A stretch of 64,000 nucleotides of DNA from Mobula hypostoma (Eukaryota): the NCBI RefSeq assembly GCF_963921235.1, contig NC_086108.1, positions 52,640,001 through 52,704,000 on the forward strand. The letters are read 5' to 3'. The translations under genes and the position numbers were made by a program. Of this stretch, positions 63,320 to 64,000 are shown piece after piece (positions within the stretch are counted from its first letter, which is position 1; the number at the start of each line of letters is the position of its first letter). The notes below the pieces were generated by a model. The model was not told where the DNA came from. It worked only from the letters and a program-made list of their open reading frames with translations, and made no database searches.

Positions 63320-64000
63320 GTTGGGTGCTGGCGACTAGTGGTGTTCTGCAGGGGAAAGTGTTGGGATCAGTTTTTTTCACGTTATACGTCAATAATCTAG
63401 ATGACACGTTGGACGGCTTTATGACCAAGTTTGTGGATAGGTGGAGGGACAGGTAGTGTTGAGAAAGCAGAGAGTCTGCAGAAGGACTTGGACAGATTAG
63501 GAGAACGGGCAAAGAGGCAGATGGAATACAGTGTTAGGAAGTGTATGGTCATAGACTTTGGTAGAAGGAATAAAAACGTACACTATTTTCTAAACACGGA
63601 GCAAATTCAGAAATAAGAGGTGAAAATGGACTTGAGAAGACTCGTGCAGGATTCCCTAAAAGTTAACTTGCAGGTTGAATTGGTGGCAAGGAGGACAAAT
63701 GCAATGTTAGCAATCATTTCGAGAGGACTAGAATATAAAGGCAAGGATGTAATGTTGAAGTTTTATAAGGCATTGATCAGACCACATTTGGAGTACTGGG
63801 AGCAGTTTTGAGCACCATATCCAAGAAAGGACATGTTCGCATTGAATGAAAGGATTAACATATGAGGAGCATTTATGAGTGGTGTCTGTACTCACTGGAA
63901 TCTAGAATAAGGGAAGTATCCTATCGAAACCTATTGAATATTGAAAGGTCAAGATAGAGTGGACATGGAGAGGAATCATCCAATAGTGGAAGAGTACAGG
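63320..64000 (+). mobile_element. CR1-type LINE RT fragment
   Basis: SGVLQGKVLGSVFF, LQKDLDRL and LIRPHLEYWEQF motifs. Confidence 0.8.

Overview
Eukaryotic, AT-rich, repeat-dense vertebrate DNA. The repeat families (CR1-like LINEs, Penelope, V-SINE-like, Tc1, Tigger) suggest a cartilaginous fish, probably a ray; this is inference. Twelve consecutive internal coding exons of a DOCK7-like gene lie on the minus strand (60885 down to 2851). They splice in frame to 1380 nt (460 codons) and reach into the DHR-1/C2 domain. An ANGPTL3 locus is nested on the plus strand in the 28-kb intron (15177-43440), the same arrangement as in mammals. Main observation: ANGPTL3 exons 1-2 (signal peptide, SE1 lipase-inhibitory motif, coiled coil) are fully open. 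Exon 2 runs straight into a TAA followed by AATAAA, while the recognisable fibrinogen-domain exon (37693-37930) carries several frameshifts and stops. This predicts a ~198-aa fibrinogen-less, ANGPTL8-like ANGPTL3, or a gene in the middle of pseudogenisation. Other points: a sense-oriented ERV env plus LTR relic downstream of ANGPTL3 exon 2, a duplicated DOCK7 exon/donor fragment bracketed by inverted Penelope ends, Penelope hammerhead-ribozyme motifs, a DNA transposon family with 6-bp target-site duplications (TSDs), a GC-AG intron, and two tandem-repeat expansions inside one retroelement.
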